Assembly (NCBI GenBank): GCA_051362555.1
Contig: CM120644.1
Location: forward strand, 2,240,954 to 2,304,953
Direction: 5' to 3'
DNA length: 64,000 nt
Source of the DNA: Lingula anatina
Taxonomy: Eukaryota; Animalia; Brachiopoda
Translations under genes and position numbers: made by a program
In this document: in pieces, positions 25,903 through 38,700 of the stretch
How the letters are laid out: every line of letters starts with the position of its first letter
How positions within the stretch are numbered: the first letter of the stretch is position 1
The notes under the pieces: model-generated
The model's database searches: none
Seen by the model: only the letters and a program-made list of their open reading frames with translations
What the model was told of the DNA's origin: nothing

Positions 25903-28900
25903 ATATCATATGGTTACTACTGACACCTATCGGTCATTTTACACGATATCATTGGGGCTATGGATGACGGTAGTCTGTTTGAGAAATACTTGGAAACTTT
26001 ACTTGAGCATGTCAGTTTAGGGTCAGCACAATTATAATGGACGTTATCTTTAAATTATCTCTAATTTAGCTGATATATATGTGTTTATAAAACACTAATA
26101 TAAGTTGTTGATTCAATATTCATATTTGATTGAAGTATGATATTGATATAGATCTGGAATTGTTAAAAAAAAGCCTGACAGGTTGTTTTGTTTGAAGAAA
26201 TTACTGGAGATCCAAATTTAGAAACGAATGTTTCAAACAAGTTCACTAAAATAAGATTCTGACATTACCCAAAGTATTACAATACGTCAAAATCATGCAA
26301 TACAGCTACTGCAGAAATACGAGTGTTTGCATGAACGAAGTCTAGAAATAGAAGAATTACATTTCAAGAGGGGGCCATTGGCGTGATTATTTTTCAGAAA
26401 TCGAAGAGGGGGGGTGGGCAGGACACCCCCTAAATCCGTCACTAGTCGTAGTCGTAGTAGTAGTTGTAGTAGTAGCATCATTGTAGTAGTAGTAGTAGTA
26501 AAGGAATTGAGAAAGCAGTTTATAAAGAAACTTAAGATATTATAAGAAGGATAACAAATACAAGACCCATGATGGTTGTAGCTGCATGTGTATGTGCATG
26601 ATATGTCTAAATGGATATTGATTAGTAATGTCTGTCCCAAGTACCCTTCAGGCTAGACAATTAGTATTGAACTATATTTATCTTATTTAATATAGCCGTA
26701 GAGTTATAAAATGCTTTTATAATCTATAGCATCAATGTTAGTTGTATGAAGACTTGCTACGTATGAAGCAGGTAAATACAACTGTGTGTAATAAAAGTAC
26801 TATTATTGATATTATAACGGGCTATTTATATTGCATCCAAACACGAGTTTATACATGTTTGTATGCTCAAGTATTCGTAACTGAAATAATGTATATATGA
26901 ATCGGTTTATGCATAATTATCAAATTGAAAAGTATTAGATATTCAATTAATTAAAGATACTTGCTTATAGAGACTGGCGTCTCTGTCCAAATATTATCTA
27001 CACGATACTAGCTCCACCCTTAGCAAAATGAAAAGTTTACAGCAATATTGCAGTGCCATTATACGCGTCAGAAATATACCTATGTACAACACCCTTAATA
27101 CATTGAATGCATGCACGCAATTAGTAAATGCATGTTAAAGAGTGTGTGTGCTTGGTAGAAGTTTTCAGATTCTTTTTGCTTTTTTGCGTTTCTTATTACG
27201 TACTCATCAACAACGCGCTCTGGAAAGTTGTAAAATGAGAAGTGGCTTATCAAGAATTGTCCCTGAAATGATTTTGTTGACGTCATATATTGTTTCAAGC
27301 CTGGTTATTAAACTTTCCTGGTAATCTGCGTCAAACAGGATCCAGCCTGAATACTTTCTTTTACTGGGAATCTTAGGCCATCTTCATTTTTCTGTCGTGT
27401 TTGCATGGAAAAACACTACCAGAAACGTATCCCCTGTTCATATTCAACTCAGCCGGATAGTGATCAATGATCGTATAACATGGTCTTGTTGTGCAGGGTT
27501 ACAACAAATGATGTGTACAACTACATGTACATGTACCGTGCAGAATTCACTGTAATCAAATACCTTTTTTTACAAAAAGATGAAGAATTATGATAATTCA
27601 TAAAATAATAAACGTTGTTTATCTTTAAAGTATTGTTTTTTCTTCAGTGAACAGCTTGAAATAAAATGTTTTTTTTTAACCTCCAATATTTCCTTCATAA
27701 CATAACACAGGTGATGAAATTCTTCTCTGGCGCTTTGTACTAAGTCTTATTTAACAATACAACACATTGGACGGTTTTAATATAGTTAAAACTAGAATGT
27801 AAACAGGATGTTAAGTGCATCAAGCACTTCAAAAACATTAAATTGTTTTGAGATTTTAGCTTTTAGCTTTTCCAGTATGTTTTTAGCGTAAACATGTTGT
27901 GTTTTTAGCATATACATTTAGTTTTGCCACCGACGCTGCACTTTAACCTGTACTTCCATTAATTTGTCATTCGTTTGTTGTTGGTTGTGTGATAAGAACT
28001 TGACATTTGAAATTAAAATTAGTCGTTTACTAGGTTGACAAGGAACGTTAAACCACCACCCTGAACTCTATTTTTATTCTTCTTCAGGATAAATTCATGC
28101 ACACGGTTACGATGCTGGAGGGAGGGTTTACAACATTTAAAAATGTGCCTGTCACAGGTGATTTTTTTCCAGACAACTACAGGATACTGAGCCTTTAAAT
28201 CAGTTAAAATAACCTATTGATATGACCATACTTGATAGCTAACTTGTAGTAAATATACCCTAAATAGCAGCTTGTGTATCAAAATCAAGTGATGGTAAGA
28301 ATGTTGTGTGAGTGTGTGAGTGTTGGGGGGGGGGGGGTTGGGGGGGGGGGGGGGGCGCCTGTTTGTGTGGTTAAGGCAGGCCACGTGCATGTGTGAGCAA
28401 GCAAGGGGGTGTATATACCGGGGTATGTGAGGGAGTGGGTAAGGGGGTATGTCCCTGTGTGCACAGGTGTGTTTGTGTTTGATAGAGTGAATAGGGGGTG
28501 TGTGCACGAATGCGTTTGTAAACTCAATATAAATGAATATCAGATGCAATGAGGGATACATTTAAGCACGGTAATGCAAATAAAACGACATGCCTGAATA
28601 CATGTGACCTGTACAATTACAAAATGGGAGAAATAGGTATTTGAAATGAAAAAAAAATATTTTAAAAGCGGTTTTAGTTGAAATTATTCACAAAAAACAG
28701 CACTTTCTCAGCATCAAACACTCCAAATAAACAATATCTATTTCAAATTTAACGTCTTACACGCGCCCAGTACGTAGAAATGAAATACTAAAAATGGCAT
28801 TTATATCCCGCGATTTTAATATACCTTGCGTGTCACGTTACTCAGATACTAGCATATGAATGAACGGGTGAAAAAAATGTGGGAAAATTGCTCAACCTAT

Positions 28901-30929
28901 ACTTTCCATCGGTGAAGGCCAAGTGAGCAGGCGTACCACGTGACTGCTATAATTTGAATTAAAACAAGTAAATGCAGCGGACGATGCGAAGAAAAAACTT
29001 TTTTGCACATAAGAGGGATATAAAGCAGAAGAAAGCATGACACAAAGCTTGCGCGAATAAAAGTAGGATCATAATAAAGAGGGGCAATGACATGTCTACA
29101 GAGGTAAATTAAACGTTCAACGCTCAAAAACCTTGCATCGAATGATGCAATGACCACAGCGGTTTGGAAGCCCATATATAGTATTAGTTGTAAAAGTGAA
29201 TGAATTGTGCGCACGCAAACCATTTTTGAAGACTGCTGAGCGTAAAACTGAACGCGAGAAATGGGCAAAAACAAAGTTTAAATTGCGTTTTGACGAATAA
29301 TATATACATTTAATGTTGATGATTATTTTAGATAAACAATTTTAGACACCACTCATATCATCTAAACAACTATAAATGCCCCTTTAAGATTACCCTGGGA
29401 TACTTGAAAAAGCACAGTGATGTAAATAATGCGACATGTCTGACTACCGATACATGTGACCTGTGTATATACGAGAAGCGAGAAAAGGATACTTAAAAAA
29501 AAATTAAACAAATCAATTTTAAGGTTACCTTGTTTGCAAAAGGGTTACTCTCAGTTATTTGGTTTTATTTATCAATCATTTTAATCTATAAAAAAAAGAC
29601 ATTTCACGCAACGTTATCGCTCGACATCAACGTGCAGTAGCATGGACCACCGAACAACATTACAGAACGGCAAAGAGTAAGACAATACACTTAGAATATG
29701 TGCAGATGAGCATTATAGGACCATCGAAACATAATTGAAAGACGCTGCAGTTGATGTTTGGATTTAAAGGTAGAGGCTGGGTATTAATCCCAGTTGTGTT
29801 GGCAGCCTTTTTTATCGTCATTGACATCTGCAAATAAACGCATAGTGATAATTTGTCAAATAGAGAAGATACACGTAAAGCTTCGCCTGGACTTAACACA
29901 AACAGGAATTATGTGAATCATTTACAAGGAATTTCGTAATGTAATTTATAACCACGCTGACTGCTTTATCTTGATAGATTGGCATGCTTTAATAAGATAA
30001 ATGACCTTGTTTTCAAACGCTTCATTTAAATTGAAGAGAACATACGGGCGGGTGAGTTTTATACTGGACAAGCATACATGTATTGTATGTTTTAACATAA
30101 CTAGACGTGGAATTAAAATTTTGTGAAACAGCAGTGTCATGTGCGGAAGCGTGTAAGGGTCACAACACCACACACGTGACGTTCGAGTGGTGTTGTGTCC
30201 CTTAAACTCTTCCGTAGTAAAGTAACAGCTCAGCATTTAAGATGCAAATTAAGTTAGAGTAGAGAGAAGAGAGTTGAATACATTGTCATAAACACAGGTA
30301 AATAAGCAACACGATGGTAAGGCACACATGGAGAGAGTCTCGCAGCCATTTTAGCATGTCAGTTTTACCACTGACCACGGGGGAGGGGGGGTCCCAATAA
30401 CTATGTCTAGGGATTTTAACGTGTCAGAAACACCTGTGATCACAGCCTCGTTGATTCCCTCGTTCCAAGTTTTTTTTTCATTTTCGCCTGTGGTTCTCTA
30501 ATATATGCCCCGCGTCCAATTGAATGCTCCATTCATCGATATAAACAGTTAGTTTACATTGACACATAGCGCTGTTTTCTCTCTCATCACTCCCCGAATA
30601 TTCCTTAGAGAGCTTGAAACTGAAAAAAAAGTATACCCAGCCAGCCTAATAGCATACAGCAGTTGCCTGGGTCTACCCGCCGATAGTATTTTTAATATTA
30701 GTTTGCTGGTCATTAACTGCCGTTGTGTCTCAGCTGCTTACGGCGGATCCTTTTATGCCACATGCCAGATTCCAACCTTCCATGCCACCTTTTATATGTG
30801 CTTGTGTTATTTCCGGGGCTACTCTGGAATTTAGAGAAGATTGGTCGTTTGTAGACTCTGTTTTACTAATAAAACTATTTCCCTATTCCATCCAGATTAT
30901 ATAGAAAATCAACTATTACCTCCACTGTA

Positions 30930-31172
30930 CACACACTGGACAATAGAAGTGTCCCCCCCCCCCCCCCCCCCCCCCCGAATCAGATTAATCAAAGTTTTAA
31001 TGCCTGGTCTACTTATAATGTGACTAATGAGTATAAAACCACTGTACCATGGGATTGTATTGTTGATCTTTTTGTGAAATTTGATGTTAATAAAATGATA
31101 CTATGAACATAGTCATTTATCTCCCCCAGAGTATTGGTTCAGTAGGGGTGCACTTCTATTACCCAGTGTGTG
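30930..31172. mobile_element. Tc1/mariner-type MITE (TA TSD)
   Basis: TA-CACACACTGGACAATAGAAGTG ... CACTTCTATTACCCAGTGTGTG-TA. Confidence 0.75.
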
Positions 31173-31218
31173 TAAATGTAACCTTTAAAACAGTAATGTC
31201 TATTTCCAGAAAGTCAAA

Positions 31219-32674
31219 ATGTGTCCTGGAAATAATATCAACCAGATTGCCCTGTTTTTGCTGATTAGCACAATTCCTGAGGCTTCCAGCAGTACTTCAG
31301 CACCAACGACAACCGTTAGTAAGACAGTTGAATCTGTGACCTCCCCCGCTAATTTGACATCATTTTCAACGAAGTTTACTGGGACAACTCCAACTTATAC
31401 TAATGAATCTACTAGTGCGCCAACCGTTTTACCCCCTGCACCAGCTAGACCACAGGGACCTGGCAAACCTACAGTGCAGATCAAGCCAGTGAAAATTGCT
31501 CTAGGTATAAAGTCGAATATGAAGGATATATATGCTGTCTTGAAGTATCCTTTAATTGCATTATTTATAAAATATCTGCCTCAATATTGAGTTGGATTGA
31601 AAGCTTATATTCCTGTTTATGTGATGTCAAGAAACATTCTAATGCATAATAATGTTTTGCTCATTTAGAAAACACTGAAATTGAGGAATTAGACAAGAAA
31701 ATAAAATTGGCGTTGAGAATTCCGGAAGCAGACTTTGACAATCTCGAAGAAACATTCAAAATTGAAAAGACATATTTGGAAAATCAGGTATAGGGGCTGG
31801 CACATTTTAATATATTTTCTTCTTGGGGTAAAAGCATATATATTGCATTGTTTTCAGCATCCCTCAAAAAACTATGACACTATGTTGCGACGTATATTTA
31901 TTCAGTTATTGCTTTGTATATTATGATACAGTGAGGTATGGTTAAGTATATATCTAGGCGTCTGTCTCTTAAGTCTCCCTCTCTTTCTCTGTTTTACTAC
32001 ATCAGTGCGCATATGGAACTCATCTATTTCAGTTGCTGAAAACTTTTAATGCGGCAAGAGTCGAGGGCTTGAGGAGGGTGGAAATAATAGCGTTTAGGTA
32101 GGTTACTTTGCCCCTCTTTTTGTTTGCCATCAAACAATTTTTTTCACCTAAAAATGTGTTTCGAATCCAATTCAGAATCAATCAATACATTAAGAAAACA
32201 CAAAATAACCTTATAGTCCCTGCATGTTTTCAAATGCAAATGATGTTATAACCATGTGGAATGTTTGCAAAGGAATTAGATAATGGATATCTTTCTTGAG
32301 AAAAGTGATGTATGAAAAAGCAAACCCATAACCAAAGCAACAGACAATTTATTCTGGTCACATCTTATACGTTTTAGGTTTGGGAGCGTTATCATTGATT
32401 ACAACCTAATATTTGCCCTGAAAACATTCTTAGGGCAAAATGGAACTAGTAGTAAAACGTTAAAGACAATCGAAGATGTTCTGTCGAGTCAGAACACAAT
32501 TTTAAACATAACAGTCAATGGAACCACCTTTACCACAGACAGAAATTACTCTGCCTCACAATTAGCTACAGGTGGGTACTATGGTAATGGGAAAAATAAT
32601 AGAATAGTATGGTACTATGCAGAAACAGACGGTAATCAAAGCACCTCACAGGCAGAAGCAATATTTATGTGTAC

Positions 32675-32707
<33 letters not shown>

Positions 32708-35700
32708 CGTAACATGTCACCTACATTTCTTCCACTGCACAGCAAAATCAAGTCTAACGGATCCATGTATACTATATGATGACGTCGACATCTGCGAGTT
32801 TAGAACCCAATCTCGTGATTACTCGTGTGTGCCAGAAACCAATGGTATACGCTGTAAGCCGAAATGTGAGGGTCAAGATTGCAGTGGTCATGGGCAGTGT
32901 ACAGTGCGCTTCCCGAACTACGCTGCAGAGTGTGTGTGAGTAATACATGTAAAAAGGGCAGACGAGTGGTGGTCATAATAATTAGTTAAAATATAGTCAC
33001 ACCTACTGTTATTACTGCCTCTCATTTGTTGTGGAGATAAGACACAATGTTTGATAATACATTCGTTTCACAGCATTGAATTGCAGTATTAAACATTCAG
33101 TTTAGTCTAGTTATAACCAAAGGTAGAGGTATGTATCACTAAGGAATGTTTACGAAAGGTGAAACAGTCACAAAACTGTCATGAATAATTAAAAGGCTTC
33201 ATCCTACAGGTGCAAAGTTGAACACACGTTCATGTCGACGACTACCTATACTGGACAAACTTGCTCAGAACCCAACCAAACCCTGACCCAAACTGGTATC
33301 ATCATAATCACCACCACTGTTGGGGGAGTTCTGCTCCTGGCAGTCTTAGTACTTATTGTGGTAGTGGTGATACTCAGGCGAAAGATCAAAGTGATGAAAA
33401 ACAAGTGAGTATACATTATACAGGAACATTACATATATTATAAAGGAAAAAATATAATTATTTAACTAGAATGATAAGATAAGAGTTTATCTAGCCAATT
33501 ATAAAAATCGGAAATCGTTTTCCTTTTGGAGCAAGAGTAAAAGTAATACAATTGATACATTAAGAATTTGGTTTTGAGATCAAATTAAAATGTGTCACTG
33601 CACTTGGATTAAAGCTGTTAAAGAGTGTTTACTGCCTTTAAAAGTTAAAAGTCTACTATTGCTTGGTAAAAACGTAAAAAGTGATGGTGCAGGATAAGAA
33701 GAGTATTCCATGGTGTTGACAGTTCTTTTATCCATTCTGTTTTTAAAAATATCATACAGCTTGGGTACACACAATATACCATAGAAGTGTCACCCCTACT
33801 GAACCAATTCTTTGGGGGAGATAAATGACTGGAATGATATGCTCCTGGTATCATTTTATTAACATCAAATTTCACAAAAACTGACCAGGTATTATAACTA
33901 CTCAAGATCTGCTTACTTTGATTATTGATTACTTGATTATTATTTGATTACTCTGATTCAGGGGATGACACTTCTATTGTCCATTGTATGTAGGTCCTGT
34001 CGGATAATCTTGCTTGCAGTTTTCACAACGTTGGTTAGTTTATTTCTTTCCTTCCCAGTTGTTTCGCTGTACTATATTGTAATTCCGTACGCAAGGACGC
34101 TTTCAATTACACACCTGTAAAATTAACTAAGATAGGCACGCTATCAGTAAAAGTTCTCAGTGATCTTAAAAATACAGTCTTGGACGTGTCTTCTTTACAC
34201 CCTTCCCGGTGTAATCTTTCCAGTTACTATTCAGAATTACTATTCAGGTGTATACCAAGTAGTTTAAATTCCTCTACATGATGTACCCTACTAACTTCGA
34301 CATTACCAATGGTGAGTGGTGGTTGTACATTCTGATTCCTTCTAAAACCCACTATCATTTATTTGGCTTTAGCTACGTTTAAAATAAGATCATTACTCTC
34401 GCAACACCTTACCACTGACTCAACAGATTTTCTATGTGTACTCTCGTCATTATCAGTAACTAGCCCCACAAGCGTAGTATCAATCTGCAATCTTTAAAAA
34501 TTCCATAACATCCCCAGATATGCGCTGCATGAGGTCACGCTTAGCCCATTGCGCATGCGTGCACTTTTAATGAGTTGCTAGATTGCCATAGGAAAATGAA
34601 TGGGTTCGCGATTCGTGGGTAATTCGTGATAATTGACAAACTAACGACCTGATGCCGATAGACAGCAACGATGTGCTATGCTTCAAGCAACTCCTGACCA
34701 AATATCGTTAGGGTTTTTAAAAAAATTCTGTTGTACACACGTACTAAGAAGTTTGCCGTGTATTGCCTAGCCTACCCTCAGCAAAACGCACATATTTTCA
34801 GAAATAGTGATTTTAGACGGTAGATTCACTCAGAAACAAAGGCAAACTAATTCGTTGCCGATAGCACCAGCAGATAGCAGCACCATACAGAGTCTGATTA
34901 AAACTTTCATGGCAATTAAAAACTTTTACCACTGTACAATGGAGTCCAAAAAAGCACTTGGCACAAATGTGAAACTGCCCAGTGCAAGGCCAAGAATTCA
35001 ATCAGTATTTTCAATTATATTATCAGAGTCTACATAAATTGACTGACAATATCACTACTCAGTATTTAGCTAATCTCTTAATCCAAAATTCCTATCATCA
35101 TTTAATAATAATAATGCAAAATTCTTCTTTCAGATTGCTATTTATTTCAAATTTTAATGCTGCAACTATTCCAAAATAATCTTGTAGTAAAGGAAAAATA
35201 CAAATAAGAAGTGGAAGACTAATTTTACCCACATTATTCAATTATTTGAATATAAAAAGAATAAGATCACGATTTTACAAATTAAAATAATCTTTCATTA
35301 ACTCTTTCATGAATAACATATTAAACAAAATTAAAGTTATAAATTAAAGTGGTAATGGCTTATTCTGGAATAAATGACCTCTGCACATCATCAGTACCTG
35401 ACTTGGTACAGTATAGTTACTACTTGGATACAGAGTTAGATTTAATAATGTAACAATAAGAACAATATATATTACAATAAACTCCTCTGCACATGTCAGA
35501 CGCTTGTTAACATGAACTAACACTACCTGACAATGGGCTGAGCACTTACCGTACTTGGATTAAGAATGTGTACATTTACCCCGTGGACCATTTGAAGATT
35601 ACACTGCGATTAATGCGGTGGAAAATACAATAGAGAGAGTGTATAATGATAGGGTCGCTAAACGATTGTTGAAGGCATATAGTAACTAGCCTAATCCCCT

Positions 35701-38700
35701 GGTCGCCTGGGTAGCCACGCCCCCTTAGAGTACTTATGTAAACAAACAGTCTCCCGTACCGAACTATCCTTTTGTTCAACAGCTTCGCGCGTGCAGCTGA
35801 TTACGTATGTAGTGACACTATAGCTAACTGCATATAAATTTGTGCTAGCTGTTATTTGATTCATTCTGCTGTGTCGGATGTTGTGGATCAGCCCACTGGT
35901 TCGTCGACTTATGTTTTTCTGAAGTTTGGTGGTGCAGATTTTGAGTGCTTAATTATTTTCCCTCCTTCTAACAAGAGAAAGGGGAAGGGAGATAAAAAGA
36001 GAGAGTGTCAAATGAAATGGGTAATGAGTAATACATTACATTAAATAAAGGGACTCGCGGTGGAAGAAACGATAGACTGTTTTGCATCAAGGTATGCCAT
36101 TATAATCCGACATGGCCCATAACATGATCCATAACATGACTCATTGTTGTATGCCTTATATTTGTGCCGACTTATATTTTACTCTCGTTCATTTCGTGAA
36201 ACTATTTCCTTGAATAAAGTTTTGCCTGTATAAATTAACTTTGTGACATGAAGTAATTAATAAAACGCGCCTGTTGAAAAGGGGGCTTTTCGTAACTAAT
36301 AAAGGTTCACTATTCAGAAAAATATCGTCGCCGTTCGTCGCCGCTACCTTCAGGAAAGCGTACCCTCCGCGTGGATCACCGGCATTTTTGATTATCTGAC
36401 AAATTAGCGCAATTTACGTTTTAGCTAATAATTCTGAATTTACTAATATTTTGGACTAAATTCGATGTCAGATTCATAGCAATGACGGAGAGCCGCCAGA
36501 GTAACTGTTTAATTTTCTAAACTAATCAAACTAGAACGCGTGGCGATAAAATGTGTCGCTAGATCTTGTAAACATTCAGTGAAATGCACCTAGTGACTAT
36601 ATTCAATGTGCCGTCACTTAATTCCTTTCTCGATTTCATTAATTGACGATAGTAATTGCAGATAACAAGGAAGAGGAAATGCTGAAGACAAAACAACGTC
36701 GGGTCTTTGTGTGACTTTCTCCCTAAACACTTTTTATGTTGCTGTCAAAGCAAAAGGAGTCTAGATAGCGATTATTTAAACCACTGCTGCTGCTTTTGCA
36801 GGTAGACTTCCTCGTTTATCATTTAAATGCTCCCCTCCCCCAGCAGACCCAACTTGATGCATGTACGTCTTGGTAGCTATAGTACAGATCTTGGTTCAAG
36901 TAATGAAAGGTTTAAGCACAAAACGATAATTTGAGGCTATTTTTTCATTCAAGACAAAATAAAGTATCTATGGTGTGTGACAATAGGGACTTTACAAAGC
37001 TTAATTTGTCCTTAAATATATATTCCAGTAGCATAGGCGAGCGATGTAATTGTAACCTCAACTTGAGGTATCCTCGATGAAAGCGGAGTACAAAAATTAA
37101 CTTTTTTAAATATAAATTACAACATGCTGTACAATGATGTTGAGACTAAAGGGTTTAATGGACTTCTTTGTCTTAAAAGCAATTCATTTCAATATTAAAA
37201 GAAACAGTTTCTTCGGGGAGCGCGGGTACAGTTTACGTCAGGTGATTCGTTAAAGTCGAGGAGTGTTTCACTATCAAATGTGTAAATCATATATGTCATA
37301 AAACACTATAAGAAAGTTTTTTGTTACGATCTGCAACATTTGTTCATTTATATAGCAGGGCGAAGTTAAAGCCAGAGGTAAATAGAACCTAATACCGTAA
37401 TCCTCCTCGTCCATTTATTTAAATCGTATCAAAACGTTTGATACACAATGTTCATTAAATTCATAATTTTGGCGATTTATTAAAACCATATTGGTACATA
37501 AAAGTTTAAGATTAGCATAAGTTAAGCAACAACCAGTATGAAGAACAACACCCTTTTTAAATGAGGCAAGACACCCTCTTCACACTGATTATAACCTTGA
37601 GAAAGACATTATGCAACTTAAGGCAAAGGAGTTATGCAAAGTTCTTTCAACTCGTGTGTGAATACAACACTTTCTTTGTCACTTTTACAAGACAATGGAG
37701 GCGAGCAAGTAGAGTAATTACAATATACAATAAAAAGGACATTAGTATAGAAAGCTAACTTCGGGTCAGCCCTTTGGTTGTTCGAATGAAAGAGATAGAT
37801 ATCGCGCCGCGACTCCCTTTATTAAACCTTCGTGTGATTGTGTAAAAGTGTGAAAGACAGACAGCGGTCTTTAGTCGCTGTTGATATTGTTCGCGATTAA
37901 TATTGAAGTATAACTCCTTCGCCTGCATGTAAACGTGTTACTTTTCCTCATGTTCACTATATTTCTTTTAGTTGGTTCAGACAATGGGATGAGATCGATA
38001 AAAGTAAAGGTTAATCTAAACACTATTAGATGCGATTTTAGTGAAATGACTTATTAAGTGATGTGCATGTACCAAGCATGTTTAAATTCTTGAATTTCTA
38101 ATTTGTTAAATCTTTCATACACGGCCTCATATATGTATTACTCTCAGGCCTTCGATATTATTGTGTTGCACGGGACTCCTGGAAACCTGAAGCACAGTCT
38201 TGTTATCCTTCATTCAGTTTTATGGCTGGGATGAACACTGCGAAATAGAAACAGGCTTTACTTAGCTTTACTTGATGCACGACAGTTTAAACAAAACCAG
38301 TCTGCAAGGCTTGCTTTGATTTGGCGTTAACCTTACACTGGGTTTAAAAGAACAAATATAAATATGTTCGATGGATTAAATGCCGGCTTTGTTATATTTT
38401 AACTAAATGCGTTCATTTGCACAGTTACACAGATAATATTTTTAAGTTGTCTGTCGTTCAGCACGCATTATAGGCGAGTAGCTAAATAGTGACGGTGATC
38501 AATCCAAGCTCAATCTTGGCAAGTATCGTTTACAAAATAGATCATGTTGAATAAACTTAATTACGCTTTAATTAATAATCAACACACGGTTCGGTTATTG
38601 TCACTTGAAAGCTTTTGATCAAAGACGTTCAATGAAATCACAAATTATTTGACGATTAAAAAATGGACATGTTCAAGGGGCAGTTTTTGTTTCAGCTAAA

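Noticed and set aside
29754-29837. Short hydrophobic ORF MFGFKGRGWVLIPVVLAAFFIVIDICK as a signal exon for gene 3
   Set aside because: There is no GT donor after the hydrophobic stretch, and gene 3 already has an ATG/N-terminus at 31219 that is homologous to gene 2.
34495-35600. Possible additional TTAA/Kolobok-type element
   Set aside because: The termini are too degenerate to pair and no TSD could be confirmed.
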